Of a DNA stretch of 64,000 bases, positions 19,214 through 30,718 are shown one piece after another (the first letter of the stretch is position 1; every line of letters begins with the position of its first letter). Both the position numbers and the translations under genes were made by a program. Location: the NCBI GenBank assembly GCA_965649205.1, contig CBFGJV010000006.1, forward strand, positions 32,001-96,000. Direction: 5' to 3'. The notes under the pieces are model-generated. The model saw nothing but the letters and a program-made list of their open reading frames with translations, was not told where the DNA came from and did no database searches. This DNA comes from a candidate division WOR-3 bacterium. GTDB taxonomy: Bacteria; Hydrothermota; Tepidihabitantia; Tepidihabitantales; Tepidihabitantaceae.

Positions 19214-21556
19214 CTACGGAAGGACTAAGAAACTAACTTCCTCACTAGTATGCCCTGCCGCCAATAATCGCAACCTGTGTTTACCCGGTTCCAGACGCCA
19301 GAAGCAAGCATAAGGAGGCCCAACTACGGCCAATTCTCTTTCATCGAGTATCCATCTTGCTTCAGTAGCGCCGGCAGGTACAACCGCTCTGAAAAGAACT
19401 GCCTGAAATTCCCGGCTAAGGTCGGGGTCAATCTTGAACACATCTCCTTCGTCAGGGAAAAGCACAACCGGCTGTGAGCAAACTGTACGTGCCTGAGTTT
19501 GAGTTAAACCCGTCACCGGAGGCAACGGCAAACCGTTGTCCGCCATCCAGGCCCAGTACTCCGGAGGATATACCTCATATACCTTATCCTGTATTAACAG
19601 ATGAACCGAGCAAGTTTCTCTGGGCAGTCTGGAAGCAATGAATTTTTCCTGTACCGCTGCTGGACAATGTGGACCCGGGATTAAACCAGATTTGGGACAC
19701 ACCGCACACAACACTATACCCGGAGGAAGGTCAAATCCGGAAGGCGAGCGTGTTTGCGCTGCCAGCATCACATCACGAAAAAGCGGACCGGCTCCTGTTA
19801 CGCCCGAAACCCGGTGCATCGGCGAACCATCAAAGTTTCCCACCCATACACCTACCACATAATCGCGGGTGTAACCTACAGCCCAATTGTCCCGGTAATC
19901 CTTGGAGGTACCGGTTTTAACCGCACAAGGAAAAGGTAATGACAAACATGAGAACTGTCCAAAAGCGGGTGCACGTGCCTGATTATCGCAAAGAATATCT
20001 GTCACCAGATAAGCAGATTGGGGACTGAATACGCGAATCTGCGATCCACCAGTCCGCAATCCTGTTTCTGGTTCCGCATCAGACATTATCACCCGCACCT
20101 CTGAAAACTCTCCGTAGTTTGCCAGAACACGATATGCGTTTACCAGCTCCAGCAAACGTACATCACCCACCCCCAAACTCAGAGCCAAACCATAATAACC
20201 AGGTTCCCTCCGCAAACTGGTCAACCCACACTGACGAAGAACAGTAAGCAGACGGTCAACCCCCAGCTCCTCAGCAAGCCTCACGGCCGGAACATTGTAA
20301 GACGAACCAAGTGCCACCCGGCAACTCACAGGACCGCGAAATTGTCGGTCATAGTTACGGGGCACAAAATCGCCGGCCAGTTCTGCAAAATGGCCAGGCA
20401 AGTCAGGTACTATCGCGGCTGGAGACTTTTCCTGTTCAAATGCAAGGGCGTAAACAAAAGGCTTCAACGCCGAACCTGGCTGCCGCAGGCTCAAGCAAGC
20501 ATTCACCTGCCCGGCATCCGGGGAAAAATAATCCCTTGAACCTACCATGGCCAAGACCTCCCCGGTAGCACGATCAAGAACCACGACAGCAGCGTTGGTA
20601 ACGTGGTAGGAAGCAAATTGCCGCAGATGCACCTCAACCAAATCCTCACACTGCTGCTGAAGTCGGTAGTCGAGGGTAGTACGGAGCAGACGTTCTCTAC
20701 CTCGCCAAGCTCCCTTTGGAAGACCTGTAGAAAGAACAAAATCAACGAAATGAGAGGCTTTGAATGGCCTGCGAGGACGACATGGTGTAATGCTTTCAGC
20801 CAACGCCGCCTCAAAATCAGAAAGTTTTATCCGGCGCCGTGCCAGCAGATTTTCCAAAATCCACCGTTGTCTTCGGCGACACCTTTCAAAGTGACGATAT
20901 GGGTCACACTCTCCAGGTGAACGCAGCACTCCAGCCAGGAAACACGCCTGCGCCAGCGACAAACGGTCAGCGCTTCGATTGAAATAGGTCCGGGCAGCAG
21001 CATCAATACCATAGAGTTGGTTACCGAACCAGACCCGATTCACATACGCTTCCAAAATCTCCCGCTTCGACAAATGAAGTTCTAGGCGTATTGCACCAAG
21101 CAGTTCGCCCAGTTTTGTCGCTATTCCCCGTCGCCCAGAATGACGCAGAACACGCACAAGTTGCTGGGTGATAGTTGAACCCCCTGACACTACCCGACCT
21201 GCCCGCAGATTTGTCAGCGTGGCACGCACCAAAGCCAGCAGATCCACTCCACAATGACGCCAGAATCTTCTGTCTTCCGCGACTATTACCGCTTCCACAA
21301 ACCAAAGACTCACCTGGTCAAGTTCCACCCAGTGGTTCACGCCATATTCGGAAGAACAGACTTCCCTCAGTGGTTCTCCTCTGCGGTCGGTAACTACCAG
21401 TGTAGCCAGTTGCTCCCCGCGTACGTAGCTGCGGCTCAACGGCAATAACAAGAATAAACCAACGCCCAGCCATAACAGCTGAACTATACTACACCCTACG
21501 GCTAGGACTCCGATGGTAACTGTGTGCCTAGCTGCGGTAAATTTTACTCTCCTCAC
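19214..21556 (-). CDS. pbpC: Penicillin-binding protein 1C
   Basis: EDRRF, GGSTITQQL, QPGSALKPF, SYN and KTGTS; adjacent to alpha-2-macroglobulin. Confidence 0.92.
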   Translation of the reverse strand: MRRVKFTAARHTVTIGVLAVGCSIVQLLWLGVGLFLLLPLSRSYVRGEQLATLVVTDRRGEPLREVCSSEYGVNHWVELDQVSLWFVEAVIVAEDRRFWRHCGVDLLALVRATLTNLRAGRVVSGGSTITQQLVRVLRHSGRRGIATKLGELLGAIRLELHLSKREILEAYVNRVWFGNQLYGIDAAARTYFNRSADRLSLAQACFLAGVLRSPGECDPYRHFERCRRRQRWILENLLARRRIKLSDFEAALAESITPCRPRRPFKASHFVDFVLSTGLPKGAWRGRERLLRTTLDYRLQQQCEDLVEVHLRQFASYHVTNAAVVVLDRATGEVLAMVGSRDYFSPDAGQVNACLSLRQPGSALKPFVYALAFEQEKSPAAIVPDLPGHFAELAGDFVPRNYDRQFRGPVSCRVALGSSYNVPAVRLAEELGVDRLLTVLRQCGLTSLRREPGYYGLALSLGVGDVRLLELVNAYRVLANYGEFSEVRVIMSDAEPETGLRTGGSQIRVFSPQSAYLVTDILCDNQARAPAFGQFSCLSLPFPCAVKTGTSKDYRDNWAVGYTRDYVVGVWVGNFDGSPMHRVSGVTGAGPLFRDVMLAAQTRSPSGFDLPPGIVLCAVCPKSGLIPGPHCPAAVQEKFIASRLPRETCSVHLLIQDKVYEVYPPEYWAWMADNGLPLPPVTGLTQTQARTVCSQPVVLFPDEGDVFKIDPDLSREFQAVLFRAVVPAGATEARWILDERELAVVGPPYACFWRLEPGKHRLRLLAAGHTSEEVSFLVLP

Positions 21557-24500
21557 TCACTTAATTTCTAGATACTGCTGACCAGTGTGGCCAAAAACCT
21601 CAGGTGTATACATTTCCTCCACCCGCGTGGGTGGAAGGAAAAATCTGCCGCTTGTAAGCGCTCTAACCCGATAAGTCTCCGTGTGCACACCCTTGGTAAG
21701 GTAAGTAGCCACCAGAAGGTAACGGTCATGGTATGTTTCTTCGTAGTTAAAGCCGCCCCACCACTGTTTGTTCGATTTCGTAGAAAGAGGTTGAGTCTGA
21801 CGTTCAGTGGCAAAGGAAGTATTAACTATCTCCCAGCCCGCAGGCAGAGGGTCGTCCAGCACCACAAATATCCGGTCCTGAGCAGTGTGTACTTTCAAAG
21901 TTATGATATACTCTGCTCCGCGTACGTAACCTGATACCTTGCCCACGGGCCTGATAACTTTCTCTACTCGGAATCCCTGATCCTTGGCCTTTAGCTCGCC
22001 CTTGCGGGCATAATAAAGCCTGAGTCCATAATACATTCTGCCCTGTCCCTTTCTGCTGATGTTTACTGGCAAGGTCGTTTTTGCCAAACTATCAATCGGC
22101 AGGAAACGACGAGCAGTCTTCAACGAACGACCAGAGAATACTGCACTGAGCACGTCTTTACCTGCAATCCTGACTGAAGCTCTGAAATTCGGCCTCTCCT
22201 TTTCATACGTGCGGTAGAAAGTTGCCAACGCATCAAAAACACAGGCATTTTCTTGGGTCGTACGCCAACGGCCAACCCTACGCTCCGCAATCAGCCACCT
22301 GACTATTTTCTCTGCAAACTCAATCTGCCCTTGATGTTCTAGTAGCGCTTGCAGTACCACAGCCGTGGTTCGCACATCTGAATGAAACAGCCATCCTCCT
22401 TCTCTTTCTTCCTCATAGTGTGCCATAGTCGGCTCGAGCTTGAGTTTGTTATTCATCGCCCGTATAAGATTACTCCTTGCCTCCGCATATACAGACTTAG
22501 GAAGCAAAGCTAGCGTCTTCAACAGGTATGCTTTACCATACACTGACATTTGGTCAACTTGGTCAAGCAAGAAAGGTAGGTGAGATTCTACTTTCTCCCC
22601 CCATAGCGCAATTGCATACACAGCCAGACTGCGGGCAGTGAGATACTCATCTGTTGAATACGGCCAGTCTGTCCCACGTTTACCGTAGTTGAGCCAGTTC
22701 GTCAGGTAACTCTTGCCTCGCTCGCTAACCCGGGAAGCCACTTGGAAACCCTTCTTCTCTGCCAGTGCCAGAACGTACATGGTATAAGCTGAAAGCCAAG
22801 GAGAAGGCTTTTCGTAGGCATAAGACTCGAGGTCTGGCCAGAAGTAAAAGCCGCCAGATTCATCCTGGTATCTGCTTACCACATCCAATTCAGCCTGCAC
22901 AAACTTACGCAAAGCCGAGCCCCGCAACTCAGACAAACCAAATTGGTTTATCACATCCTCCCCGACAATAAAAGGCAGTATTTTGCTCATCCGCTGCTCC
23001 AGACATTCATAAGGATACGTACGCAAGAATTCCAGCCCTCTTTCCAGTCCTGTGAGTCCCGAAGAAGAAACTGCAACCTCCAGCCCCCCGACTCCCGCAA
23101 AGACGTCAGGCGGCACACTCACCGTCTGTTGTATCACTGAATCCATTGTCTGCTCGTACAGAGCCACTGCTTCTGAAACTACAGAAGGTATTGCTGGCAA
23201 AGTTACACGCAACCTGTCCCTTGCTCCCTCCCCACTCGCCTCAAAGGTAAACTCTGCCTCGCCTGCACCGATACAAAGGTAGTCAAACACAACTTCCACA
23301 GGACGGTTCGGCTCTACTTCCACTTGCCGACTTGTACTGCCATCAATCCTCACTCCCTTGGCAGCTGTTGCTTTCACCGTAACTTTCATCTTCTTGTCAG
23401 TGCGATTGTGCACCATTACGCCGGCCGAAAAACGGTCCTCAGGCCGTATGAAACGCGGTAAAGAACTCACCAGAAGCAGCGGTTTATTAGTCTGAAACTT
23501 GCTTTCGCCCGAACCAAACTTGTCAACTGTTGCCGCCACGGCCATTATCTGCCAAGTGGTGAGATTATCTGGCACACGAAAACGGACACGAGCTCTGCCG
23601 TTCTCATCGCTTCTCAAAGACGGTATCCAAAGCGCCGTTTCGAGAAACTTCTGCCGGTAGGCATAATCATACCCACCATCAAGCCCTACCCCATCTAATC
23701 CGCCACCACCTGCAGCCTCACCTTTCTCACCGTAATTGCGCTGACCAATCACATGCAGCCTGGACTCAGCTGTTACCACCGAAAGAGATCGAGAGGCGTA
23801 AAACATACTGAACGGATCCGGCGTCCTGTAGCCAACCAGCTTTAAGACGCCAAGATCAACGACCGCAAGCGATACTTCTGAGCGAACTCCTCTACCTTTC
23901 TTGTCCAAGACTTGCAAGTCAATTTCTACCTCCTGCCCTGGCTGGTACTCGGTCCGCCCCGTTTTCACAACCACCGTCAACTTCTTGGCTTCCGGATCAA
24001 CTGGCAACTCTACATATCCAATCTTGAAGCCCGGTTTACCCAGGTCCTGGCCTTCGTCTCCAAAGCTGTTATAGGCAGTTCTCCCTTTCAGCAGAACTAC
24101 CGAAACAAATACGTTGGGAAGATACTCTTCTTTTATCGGTATTCTGATCAAATCCGCATTGCCGCTAATCTCTGTTCCAAAGTAGTCCAGTACCAGCTCC
24201 CGCTCAACCGTCACCATAGCCTTAACCCCGGTCCACGGTGATTTTACAAGTATCTTCGCAGTATCGCCTGGCTTATAAGCATTCTTATCCCTCACCAACT
24301 CAATCAGGTCGTCATCTCGTATCATCCACGCAGCTTCGCCCTTGCCTGCAACCCAGAACTCCAGATCGGTTCTCGCAGTATTATTCCGTCTGTCTCTCAT
24401 TTCACACTTGCACCAGTATTGACCTGGCTTGTCCGGTCTGAACCACTTGCGCACCGCTTCGGACTCTGTTCTGACCTCGAAAGTGGCTACTTTCTCGTCT

Positions 24501-27211
24501 ACTTTCTCGCTCAACCAAGAATACCTACCCCCGGTCTGAGCCTTACGCGCCGAACGCCATATCCGCCGGAACACCGTAACCGTCACGTTTTCACCACTGG
24601 CTGGTCTACCGTCTGGGAACGCAGCCACTAAATCTAAACCTACAGAATCACCCAGTTCTACCATACCCCTGGTCATCTTTACGCCTACATAGCGTTCTGC
24701 TCGGTGGACGATATACGATTCTCGACCGGTAATACTCCTCTGGTTAGTGGCAGTAACCGTCGCTTCGCAGGTCACACGACAGCTGGAAAGCCGCCTCCCT
24801 AAATTCAGCTTAGTTTGTACCTGCAAATGCCCCTGGACGTCTAATTTGCCGCTCCCTGAACTCAGCAGACTTATTGCTTGTTCAGTCTCATCCATGTACG
24901 CGCCCCAGCTGAACCCTTCGTATCCGGGAGGCGAGAAAGACGTAGGTTCCAAACTCACCGTCCAATCCACCTGTTCGCCTGCCATCTGAGCTCCAAACAG
25001 ATATCTGGCGTTGATATGCGCCGTGAACATGTCACCCGCAACATAGCTATCTTTGTCGCCCTTTACTGTGACTTCGAACTCTGCTGGCCTGTATGCCTCA
25101 ACCCGAAAATGTCCATAGAATTCGTGCTCACCCTGAGAAAAAACAATACTGTAGTAACCGGTGAAAGCCTCTGCCCCCAGTGGCAAAGAAATATCAAAGC
25201 TACCCCAGTCAGACAATCTCACCCGCCGGGTGAAAATCTCCTCATCCCGCGAATCTGTTACTCGTACCAACCCATCCCTGCGACTGGGAATAATCCACCT
25301 GCCTCGCTGCTTGTGGCGGATAATACCCTTAATGCGAACCGTATCCGCCTGTTTGTACAGCCCCTTTTCGGTGTAAATGAAGCCCGAAGGTTCGGTAGGG
25401 TCAGGAGACCAATCATAGCTCACGCCAAGCTCATAAGGATGAATTCCAGTGCCCCATTCCGAATGCACAAAACCTTCTCCTCCCGGTTCCCGGACAAACA
25501 TCCACAAACGAGGACTATCCCACTCGCTTCGCGCCTTAACACCCAGCATAGCCCATCCAGGGAACACCACAAACCCGTTCTTATCCGTGCGACCAGTCCA
25601 GACGGACCGGTTGGCATCATCTCGCAACTCAACTGTGACTCCTGCTACAGGTGCGCCGTCAACCAGACGAGTCACATAACCTAGCCCGTTTTCTGGTGAA
25701 AACTTTGCTGTCAGCCCAAACGGTGATACCTGCAGAAAAGCTCGACGATACCTTGCACCCCGTTCTGGTTGGTGAAGCATATCCAGTTCACAGAACAAAA
25801 AGCCGGATTTCCTTCCTCCTAATCCGGGCGCTATATCCAGAGGCAGTAGCGTACGTCTGTTCCTGACCAGCTTTGGTCTCCAAACAGTCTGATAATTAAA
25901 ACCGGTCTGCCAGATTCGCTCCAATTCGCCAGGCTTCTCTTTCTCCTCCTCCCCATGACCTTCGTACCGCTTCCGCCAGAAGGGAATAACTTCCCCGGCC
26001 TCCAGCCTCCTCATCCTTACCTTCACTGATTCTACATTCACCATCCATACCGGATGACGCAACTCTGTGGCAGACTCCACAATACCCAAACCAACAGGCA
26101 TACCCAGGGCTGGGCGATAGGAGACTGTCTTCAGTCGCAAACGGACGTCTTTACCCAGGCGATTGCCAAAACGGTCAGTAAGCTGGCGGGAAAGAATTAC
26201 CTCGTACTGCGTCTCTGGAGCAAGTTCTACATAGAGGTACTGCTGCGTGGTTGCAAAATCATATTCGTACCGAGGCAACTTCACTGGAGGAGAGAATTTC
26301 ACGTGCCTGAGTAACTCTTCTTGCGCTACAGGATTGGAAAAAACAAATACCAGCGGATCTTCCGGGTGATGAGCGGACGCCCTCTCCAATCTTTCCAGCC
26401 GAAAGTGATTGAAGGTACGAAACTCTATTCTGCGTTCCTTCTCTAATCCCAAGTTGCCCTCAGCCGCCAATAATCCCTCCGCCAGGATAATCTGGTACTG
26501 AGTCTGTTTTCTCAACTGCACTTTCGAGGTAAGCACTAACACCGAACTAAGTTTTTCTGGTTCATACCACCATGCATCTTCCGTTCTCTCCTTGGGTCTT
26601 GGATGACGGAGTCGAAAAGGCACCCTGGTTCCGTCGCCCGCCACCAACTGCAGAAATTTCTGGGCACGTTTTGGGTCCATCGGCATGTTAAAGTGAAGCC
26701 AGATGTTTGGCTTGAGTGTTACAAACTCCGCACCATGAAAGGGAACAGAATATTCCAGGCTAGGTCTCACAGTCTCAAACTCAAACTCGTAGTCCTGCTT
26801 GAGCATCCGTCCACTCAACGAACGGACGCCTCGCGGTATTTTCACTTTAAATCTGGTCGCTGTGGGTAGAACAGTCGCCGGGCGAAAGACGACAGTATTT
26901 GGACTCAACCAGTCACAAAAACCTGGGACTTCCGGGTCAAGGAGCAGTGGAAAATTCTCCTCCTCAGAGACTTCGCCAAGAGACACCATGGCATCATCGA
27001 AAGTCACCAGGATTTCGCTTGCCTCTTCTGTTTTCTCCAGCACCCCTACGGGTGTCGCAGCCACAATCCGCAGAGAATCGGCCCGACGCAATTCCTCTTC
27101 ACTAAATACAGGCATCGCTACACGCCGAGCCAAGGGCTGTCTAGGTTTCTCGCGGGGACAACTACCGACAACAACTAGGACAGCGCACAGAACCCATGCT
27201 CTTGTCCTCAC
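21557..27211 (-). CDS. Bacterial alpha-2-macroglobulin family lipoprotein
   Basis: Lipobox VGSC, PDNLTTW, thioester motif YPYECLEQ, WRTTQEN and EEMYTPEVFG; SD AGGAGG. Confidence 0.93.
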   Translation of the reverse strand: MRTRAWVLCAVLVVVGSCPREKPRQPLARRVAMPVFSEEELRRADSLRIVAATPVGVLEKTEEASEILVTFDDAMVSLGEVSEEENFPLLLDPEVPGFCDWLSPNTVVFRPATVLPTATRFKVKIPRGVRSLSGRMLKQDYEFEFETVRPSLEYSVPFHGAEFVTLKPNIWLHFNMPMDPKRAQKFLQLVAGDGTRVPFRLRHPRPKERTEDAWWYEPEKLSSVLVLTSKVQLRKQTQYQIILAEGLLAAEGNLGLEKERRIEFRTFNHFRLERLERASAHHPEDPLVFVFSNPVAQEELLRHVKFSPPVKLPRYEYDFATTQQYLYVELAPETQYEVILSRQLTDRFGNRLGKDVRLRLKTVSYRPALGMPVGLGIVESATELRHPVWMVNVESVKVRMRRLEAGEVIPFWRKRYEGHGEEEKEKPGELERIWQTGFNYQTVWRPKLVRNRRTLLPLDIAPGLGGRKSGFLFCELDMLHQPERGARYRRAFLQVSPFGLTAKFSPENGLGYVTRLVDGAPVAGVTVELRDDANRSVWTGRTDKNGFVVFPGWAMLGVKARSEWDSPRLWMFVREPGGEGFVHSEWGTGIHPYELGVSYDWSPDPTEPSGFIYTEKGLYKQADTVRIKGIIRHKQRGRWIIPSRRDGLVRVTDSRDEEIFTRRVRLSDWGSFDISLPLGAEAFTGYYSIVFSQGEHEFYGHFRVEAYRPAEFEVTVKGDKDSYVAGDMFTAHINARYLFGAQMAGEQVDWTVSLEPTSFSPPGYEGFSWGAYMDETEQAISLLSSGSGKLDVQGHLQVQTKLNLGRRLSSCRVTCEATVTATNQRSITGRESYIVHRAERYVGVKMTRGMVELGDSVGLDLVAAFPDGRPASGENVTVTVFRRIWRSARKAQTGGRYSWLSEKVDEKVATFEVRTESEAVRKWFRPDKPGQYWCKCEMRDRRNNTARTDLEFWVAGKGEAAWMIRDDDLIELVRDKNAYKPGDTAKILVKSPWTGVKAMVTVERELVLDYFGTEISGNADLIRIPIKEEYLPNVFVSVVLLKGRTAYNSFGDEGQDLGKPGFKIGYVELPVDPEAKKLTVVVKTGRTEYQPGQEVEIDLQVLDKKGRGVRSEVSLAVVDLGVLKLVGYRTPDPFSMFYASRSLSVVTAESRLHVIGQRNYGEKGEAAGGGGLDGVGLDGGYDYAYRQKFLETALWIPSLRSDENGRARVRFRVPDNLTTWQIMAVAATVDKFGSGESKFQTNKPLLLVSSLPRFIRPEDRFSAGVMVHNRTDKKMKVTVKATAAKGVRIDGSTSRQVEVEPNRPVEVVFDYLCIGAGEAEFTFEASGEGARDRLRVTLPAIPSVVSEAVALYEQTMDSVIQQTVSVPPDVFAGVGGLEVAVSSSGLTGLERGLEFLRTYPYECLEQRMSKILPFIVGEDVINQFGLSELRGSALRKFVQAELDVVSRYQDESGGFYFWPDLESYAYEKPSPWLSAYTMYVLALAEKKGFQVASRVSERGKSYLTNWLNYGKRGTDWPYSTDEYLTARSLAVYAIALWGEKVESHLPFLLDQVDQMSVYGKAYLLKTLALLPKSVYAEARSNLIRAMNNKLKLEPTMAHYEEEREGGWLFHSDVRTTAVVLQALLEHQGQIEFAEKIVRWLIAERRVGRWRTTQENACVFDALATFYRTYEKERPNFRASVRIAGKDVLSAVFSGRSLKTARRFLPIDSLAKTTLPVNISRKGQGRMYYGLRLYYARKGELKAKDQGFRVEKVIRPVGKVSGYVRGAEYIITLKVHTAQDRIFVVLDDPLPAGWEIVNTSFATERQTQPLSTKSNKQWWGGFNYEETYHDRYLLVATYLTKGVHTETYRVRALTSGRFFLPPTRVEEMYTPEVFGHTGQQYLEIK

Positions 27212-27367
27212 AACTCCTCCTTAGATTAGCTAGTTAGAATACCACAATAATGATATGAGACAGACCGTTTTTGTCTTTGAGCCTCATGACTAACTATCGC
27301 TGCCCCCATCATAAGTTGGGAGGGTCGGTACAATCTACGACCACAGCCGGCTTAGGGCTACAACTTA

Positions 27368-28465
27368 TTAATCTAAGCGAATCGGCATAAGTAGGAATAT
27401 TATCTCTCGCTCAGGGTTTTGCTCCTCCGGTTTCATCAAACCAGGAGCAAGTGGATTCTGGAGCTCGAGAACAAGCCGTTTCCCAGGCAGATGTCGCAAC
27501 GCCTCAAGTATATAACCAACATTGAAACCAATCCTTATCGGTTCTCCCTGGTACTCACACGGCATCTCTTCCTCACTTGAACCTACATCCGGCGTTTCAG
27601 CACTAACTCGTAGTTTATTTTGCGAAAACTCGAGAGTAACTGGTCTACCGAGCGGATTGACAAAAACGGCCGCACGCCTTACGCAAGCAAAGAAAGCGTC
27701 GTGCTCCAGCACAGCGCGCATAGGATATCCCTTTTGGGGCAGGACTCGTTCATAGTCAGGAAATGTCCCTTCCAAGGGGCGGCTGATGGCCAAAGTGTTC
27801 TCTGTGACAAAAGAAATCCTGCCCGGGTCCACTCGGAAGGTGGCCGTTTTTTGCTCTCGGGGCAAGAGTGCAAAGAATTTGGGGACAACCGTCGTCTTAA
27901 AGGTAGTAGTGAATTCTCCCTTGTGGTTGACAAAAGCGAGGCGATGGCCATCAGTAGCAACCATCCGCATTGAATTCTTATGCACTTCCCAATTCAATCC
28001 CGCCATGGCCGGACGAGACTCGTCTGTGGAAACGGCGAAAGACACAAAATCCACCATCTCCGTCAGGGTGGCGATTGACAGGTCAAGAGCCGCTGCCTCA
28101 GGTAATTTGGGCATTTCCGGAAACTCAGCCGGGTCCGGGCTTGCTAAAGTCGCCTTGCTATTGCCCGAGCGAAAATGCACGTTTGTATTCTTTGTCTGGC
28201 AGGTCACAGTTTCTCCCGCGAATTCGCGACACATTTCTGATAGTTTCCTGAAAGGAAGCAGACACTTGCCTTCTTCGGAGTCACCGGAAAGAACGAGTTG
28301 TTTCTGCACGAACGTGTCTAAATCAGTCCCAGAAATGTACAGCTTCCCGTCTGTGACTTCCAGCAGCACATTCTGCAGTACCTGATATACAGCTCGGGAA
28401 GGTATTACATTCCCAACCGCGGCCAACATTCCAGAAAGCAGGCTTCGTTCGATCTCAAAACGCAT
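27368..28465 (-). CDS. dnaN: DNA polymerase III beta sliding clamp
   Basis: GTDLD, VATDGHRLA, GTFPDYERV, IGFN and LLMPIRL. Confidence 0.95.
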   Translation of the reverse strand: MRFEIERSLLSGMLAAVGNVIPSRAVYQVLQNVLLEVTDGKLYISGTDLDTFVQKQLVLSGDSEEGKCLLPFRKLSEMCREFAGETVTCQTKNTNVHFRSGNSKATLASPDPAEFPEMPKLPEAAALDLSIATLTEMVDFVSFAVSTDESRPAMAGLNWEVHKNSMRMVATDGHRLAFVNHKGEFTTTFKTTVVPKFFALLPREQKTATFRVDPGRISFVTENTLAISRPLEGTFPDYERVLPQKGYPMRAVLEHDAFFACVRRAAVFVNPLGRPVTLEFSQNKLRVSAETPDVGSSEEEMPCEYQGEPIRIGFNVGYILEALRHLPGKRLVLELQNPLAPGLMKPEEQNPEREIIFLLMPIRLD

Positions 28466-28822
28466 TCTGTCTCCTTTCGCAACGCTTAGTGAACTTCACC
28501 CAATACTACTATCGTAAACGCAGCCCAAGTCAAGCCCAGAACTCCGCCCGACTTACTATCCAGCGGTGCAAAACTGCACCTTACTGCCTAAGAGCCAACC
28601 GAGGCATCCTGTAGCCCTGCCTGATTGTTATGCCTTTTCTATGACGTACAATACACATTGAGCCGTTATCTCCCGTTGACTATTGTTGTCGCAATTGGAG
28701 TACTTTTGCTCCGCGCTGTGTCAGAAGTAGTACCTACTCTCGCTTGGGCAAGGTAATCGCGCGACTTCCTGACGTAATACCACTGGTCGCTACGCATTGA
28801 AAGCCAAGAGTTTGGACTAAGG

Positions 28823-28850
28823 TTGACTACCGTCCCCTCCTTTCTATAAT
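28823..28850 (+). promoter_or_regulatory. sigma70-type promoter of tRNA-Leu
   Basis: TTGACT-16-TATAAT. Confidence 0.75.
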
Positions 28851-28915
28851 CCCTCAGTGACAGGAGACGATCGGGAACCTCTCGCGGGCTTCACGGTCGT
28901 GTTACCAACCGCTGA

Positions 28916-28997
28916 GCCGGGGTGGTGGAATTGGCAGACACGCTTGGTTGAGGGCCAAGTGCTTCACGGCATGCAGGTTCAAATCCTGTCCCCGGCA
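28916..28997 (+). tRNA. tRNA-Leu(GAG)
   Basis: Acceptor GCCGGGG/CCCCGGC, D-arm TGGTGGAATTGGCAGACAC, anticodon arm CTTGG-TTGAGGG-CCAAG, long variable arm, GGTTCAAATCC. CCA is not encoded directly after the discriminator. Confidence 0.95.
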
Positions 28998-29110
28998 TCC
29001 AGCCTCCAGAGGTGCTGTCAGAAACGCAGGCCTTCACTCCGTTGCGCTTCAACCGATAGAACTATTCGCAGACTCCCTTGCCGGACTACAAACCAATCAA
29101 GGAACCCAGC

Positions 29111-30313
29111 GTGAACCGGGTCACTATTCTACTATTGGACGGGGTCGGCTGCGGCGAAATGCCTGACGCTGCCAAGTATGGAGACGAAGGCTCCAATACA
29201 CTGGCCAACATCGCTTCAGCAGTCGGCGGTCTGCATCTTCCCAATCTCGCCACACTAGGCTTAGGCAACATAATCCCTGTACTGGGTGTGCCGGCACAAA
29301 CCTCACCGAGCGCCTGCTTTGGCAAGATGGCCGAAGCTTCGGCCGGCAAGGATTCGACCACAGGACACTGGGAAATAGCCGGTCTGATTACTGACCGGCC
29401 TTTTCCTGTTTTCCCACACGGTTTTCCGCCGGCCTTCATCAAGCAATTCGAACAAGCCATCGGCCGCGAGACTCTAGGTAACGTAGCAGCATCCGGTACA
29501 GAAATTATCAATCGTCTGGGGGCAGAGCATATCAGAACCGGAAAGCCTATCGTCTACACCTCGGCTGACAGCGTTTTTCAGATTGCCTGTCACGAAGAAG
29601 TAGTACCTGTTGGGGAACTATACCGTTACTGCGCAATAGCCCGCGAAATGCTCAAAGGTCCCTGGTGCGTAGGTCGCGTTATCGCCAGACCTTTCGTGGG
29701 CCGACCGGGCTCCTTTGTACGTACCCCGAGACGGAAAGACTTTTCGTGTCCTCCACCCAGGCCTACTTTGCTCGACCTCACAAAAGAAGCAGGAATGCCC
29801 GTGATTGCCATCGGTAAGGTGGACGACCTATTTGCAGGTCGCGGTTATACCCGGGCGTACCACCCCGTAAGTAATCAGGAGTGTGTCGACCTGACCCGGG
29901 AAGTATTGGCAAGTCTCGAAGCCGGATTGGTGTTCACCAATTTTGTCCAGTTTGATATGGACTGGGGCCACCGGAACGACATCGCCGCTTTTGCCGCCGG
30001 TCTGGAAGAGTTTGACAGAACCTTACCTGACATTTTGTCTCACTTAAGAAAAAACGACCTGCTCTTCATTACCGCTGATCACGGCAACGACCCAACAACG
30101 CCTTCAACCGATCATTCCCGCGAATACGTGCCTCTCCTGGTATACAGTCCGATTTTAAAAAGAGGAATACATCTGGGCACGCGTTCTACCTTCGCTGACC
30201 TGGGTCAAACTGCTGCCGAGTTTCTCGGCACAAAGCCTACCCCGTATGGCACCAGTTTTCTTAAAAAGATTTTGAATCAAGGAGCCCAACGTGAACACAA
30301 TTCTAACGGCTAG
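29111..30313 (+). CDS. deoB: Phosphopentomutase
   Basis: [39 protein letters not shown] and DHSRE; probable GTG start at 29111. Confidence 0.95.
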   Translation: MNRVTILLLDGVGCGEMPDAAKYGDEGSNTLANIASAVGGLHLPNLATLGLGNIIPVLGVPAQTSPSACFGKMAEASAGKDSTTGHWEIAGLITDRPFPVFPHGFPPAFIKQFEQAIGRETLGNVAASGTEIINRLGAEHIRTGKPIVYTSADSVFQIACHEEVVPVGELYRYCAIAREMLKGPWCVGRVIARPFVGRPGSFVRTPRRKDFSCPPPRPTLLDLTKEAGMPVIAIGKVDDLFAGRGYTRAYHPVSNQECVDLTREVLASLEAGLVFTNFVQFDMDWGHRNDIAAFAAGLEEFDRTLPDILSHLRKNDLLFITADHGNDPTTPSTDHSREYVPLLVYSPILKRGIHLGTRSTFADLGQTAAEFLGTKPTPYGTSFLKKILNQGAQREHNSNG

Positions 30314-30695
30314 ATTATTGCGTGCTGCCTGTAGTGCTTCAAGCCGGGCATACGCACCCTATTCCGGATTCAAAGTAGGAGCCGCCCTTCTTGATGAAAA
30401 GGGGCGTGTACATGCAGGCTGTAATGTAGAAAATTCATCCTATGGCCTGACAATCTGTGCAGAACGGGCCGCTATATGCAAAGCCGTGTCTGCAGGCGCA
30501 AAACAGATAAGAGCCATTGCGGTCTATGCGCAGTCGCCGGTACTCACCTATCCTTGCGGCGCCTGTCTGCAGGTGATATTTGAGTTTGGCCCGCAGGCCG
30601 AAGTGATCCTATCCAACGGCACGCAGATAAGACAGTACTCTATGCCTAAACTGTTGCCTTGTGGTTTTCGCCTTGCCCCAGCCCGCAGCGAATAA
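30291..30695 (+). CDS. cdd: Cytidine deaminase
   Basis: AYAPYS, GCNVEN, CAER and PCGACLQ. Confidence 0.95.
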   Translation: MNTILTARLLRAACSASSRAYAPYSGFKVGAALLDEKGRVHAGCNVENSSYGLTICAERAAICKAVSAGAKQIRAIAVYAQSPVLTYPCGACLQVIFEFGPQAEVILSNGTQIRQYSMPKLLPCGFRLAPARSE

Positions 30696-30718
30696 GGATT
30701 GCTTGGCGGTAGAATTTT

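Noticed and set aside
21554..21559. Alpha-2-macroglobulin TGA directly followed in frame by the pbpC GTG (possible read-through fusion)
   Set aside because: Both proteins look complete and are a well-known separate gene pair; no nearby Cys or clear hairpin.
24878..25684. Long antisense ORFs (this 268-aa one, 39129-39779, 27786-28385, 48683-49297 and others)
   Set aside because: They lie opposite well-supported genes and show no protein motifs; shadow ORFs.
28466..28820. Possible replication origin upstream of dnaN
   Set aside because: No TTATCCACA-type DnaA box cluster, no AT-rich unwinding element and no dnaA nearby.
28857..28915. Hairpin in the tRNA-Leu leader as a separate ncRNA
   Set aside because: Short and imperfect; adequately explained as precursor leader.
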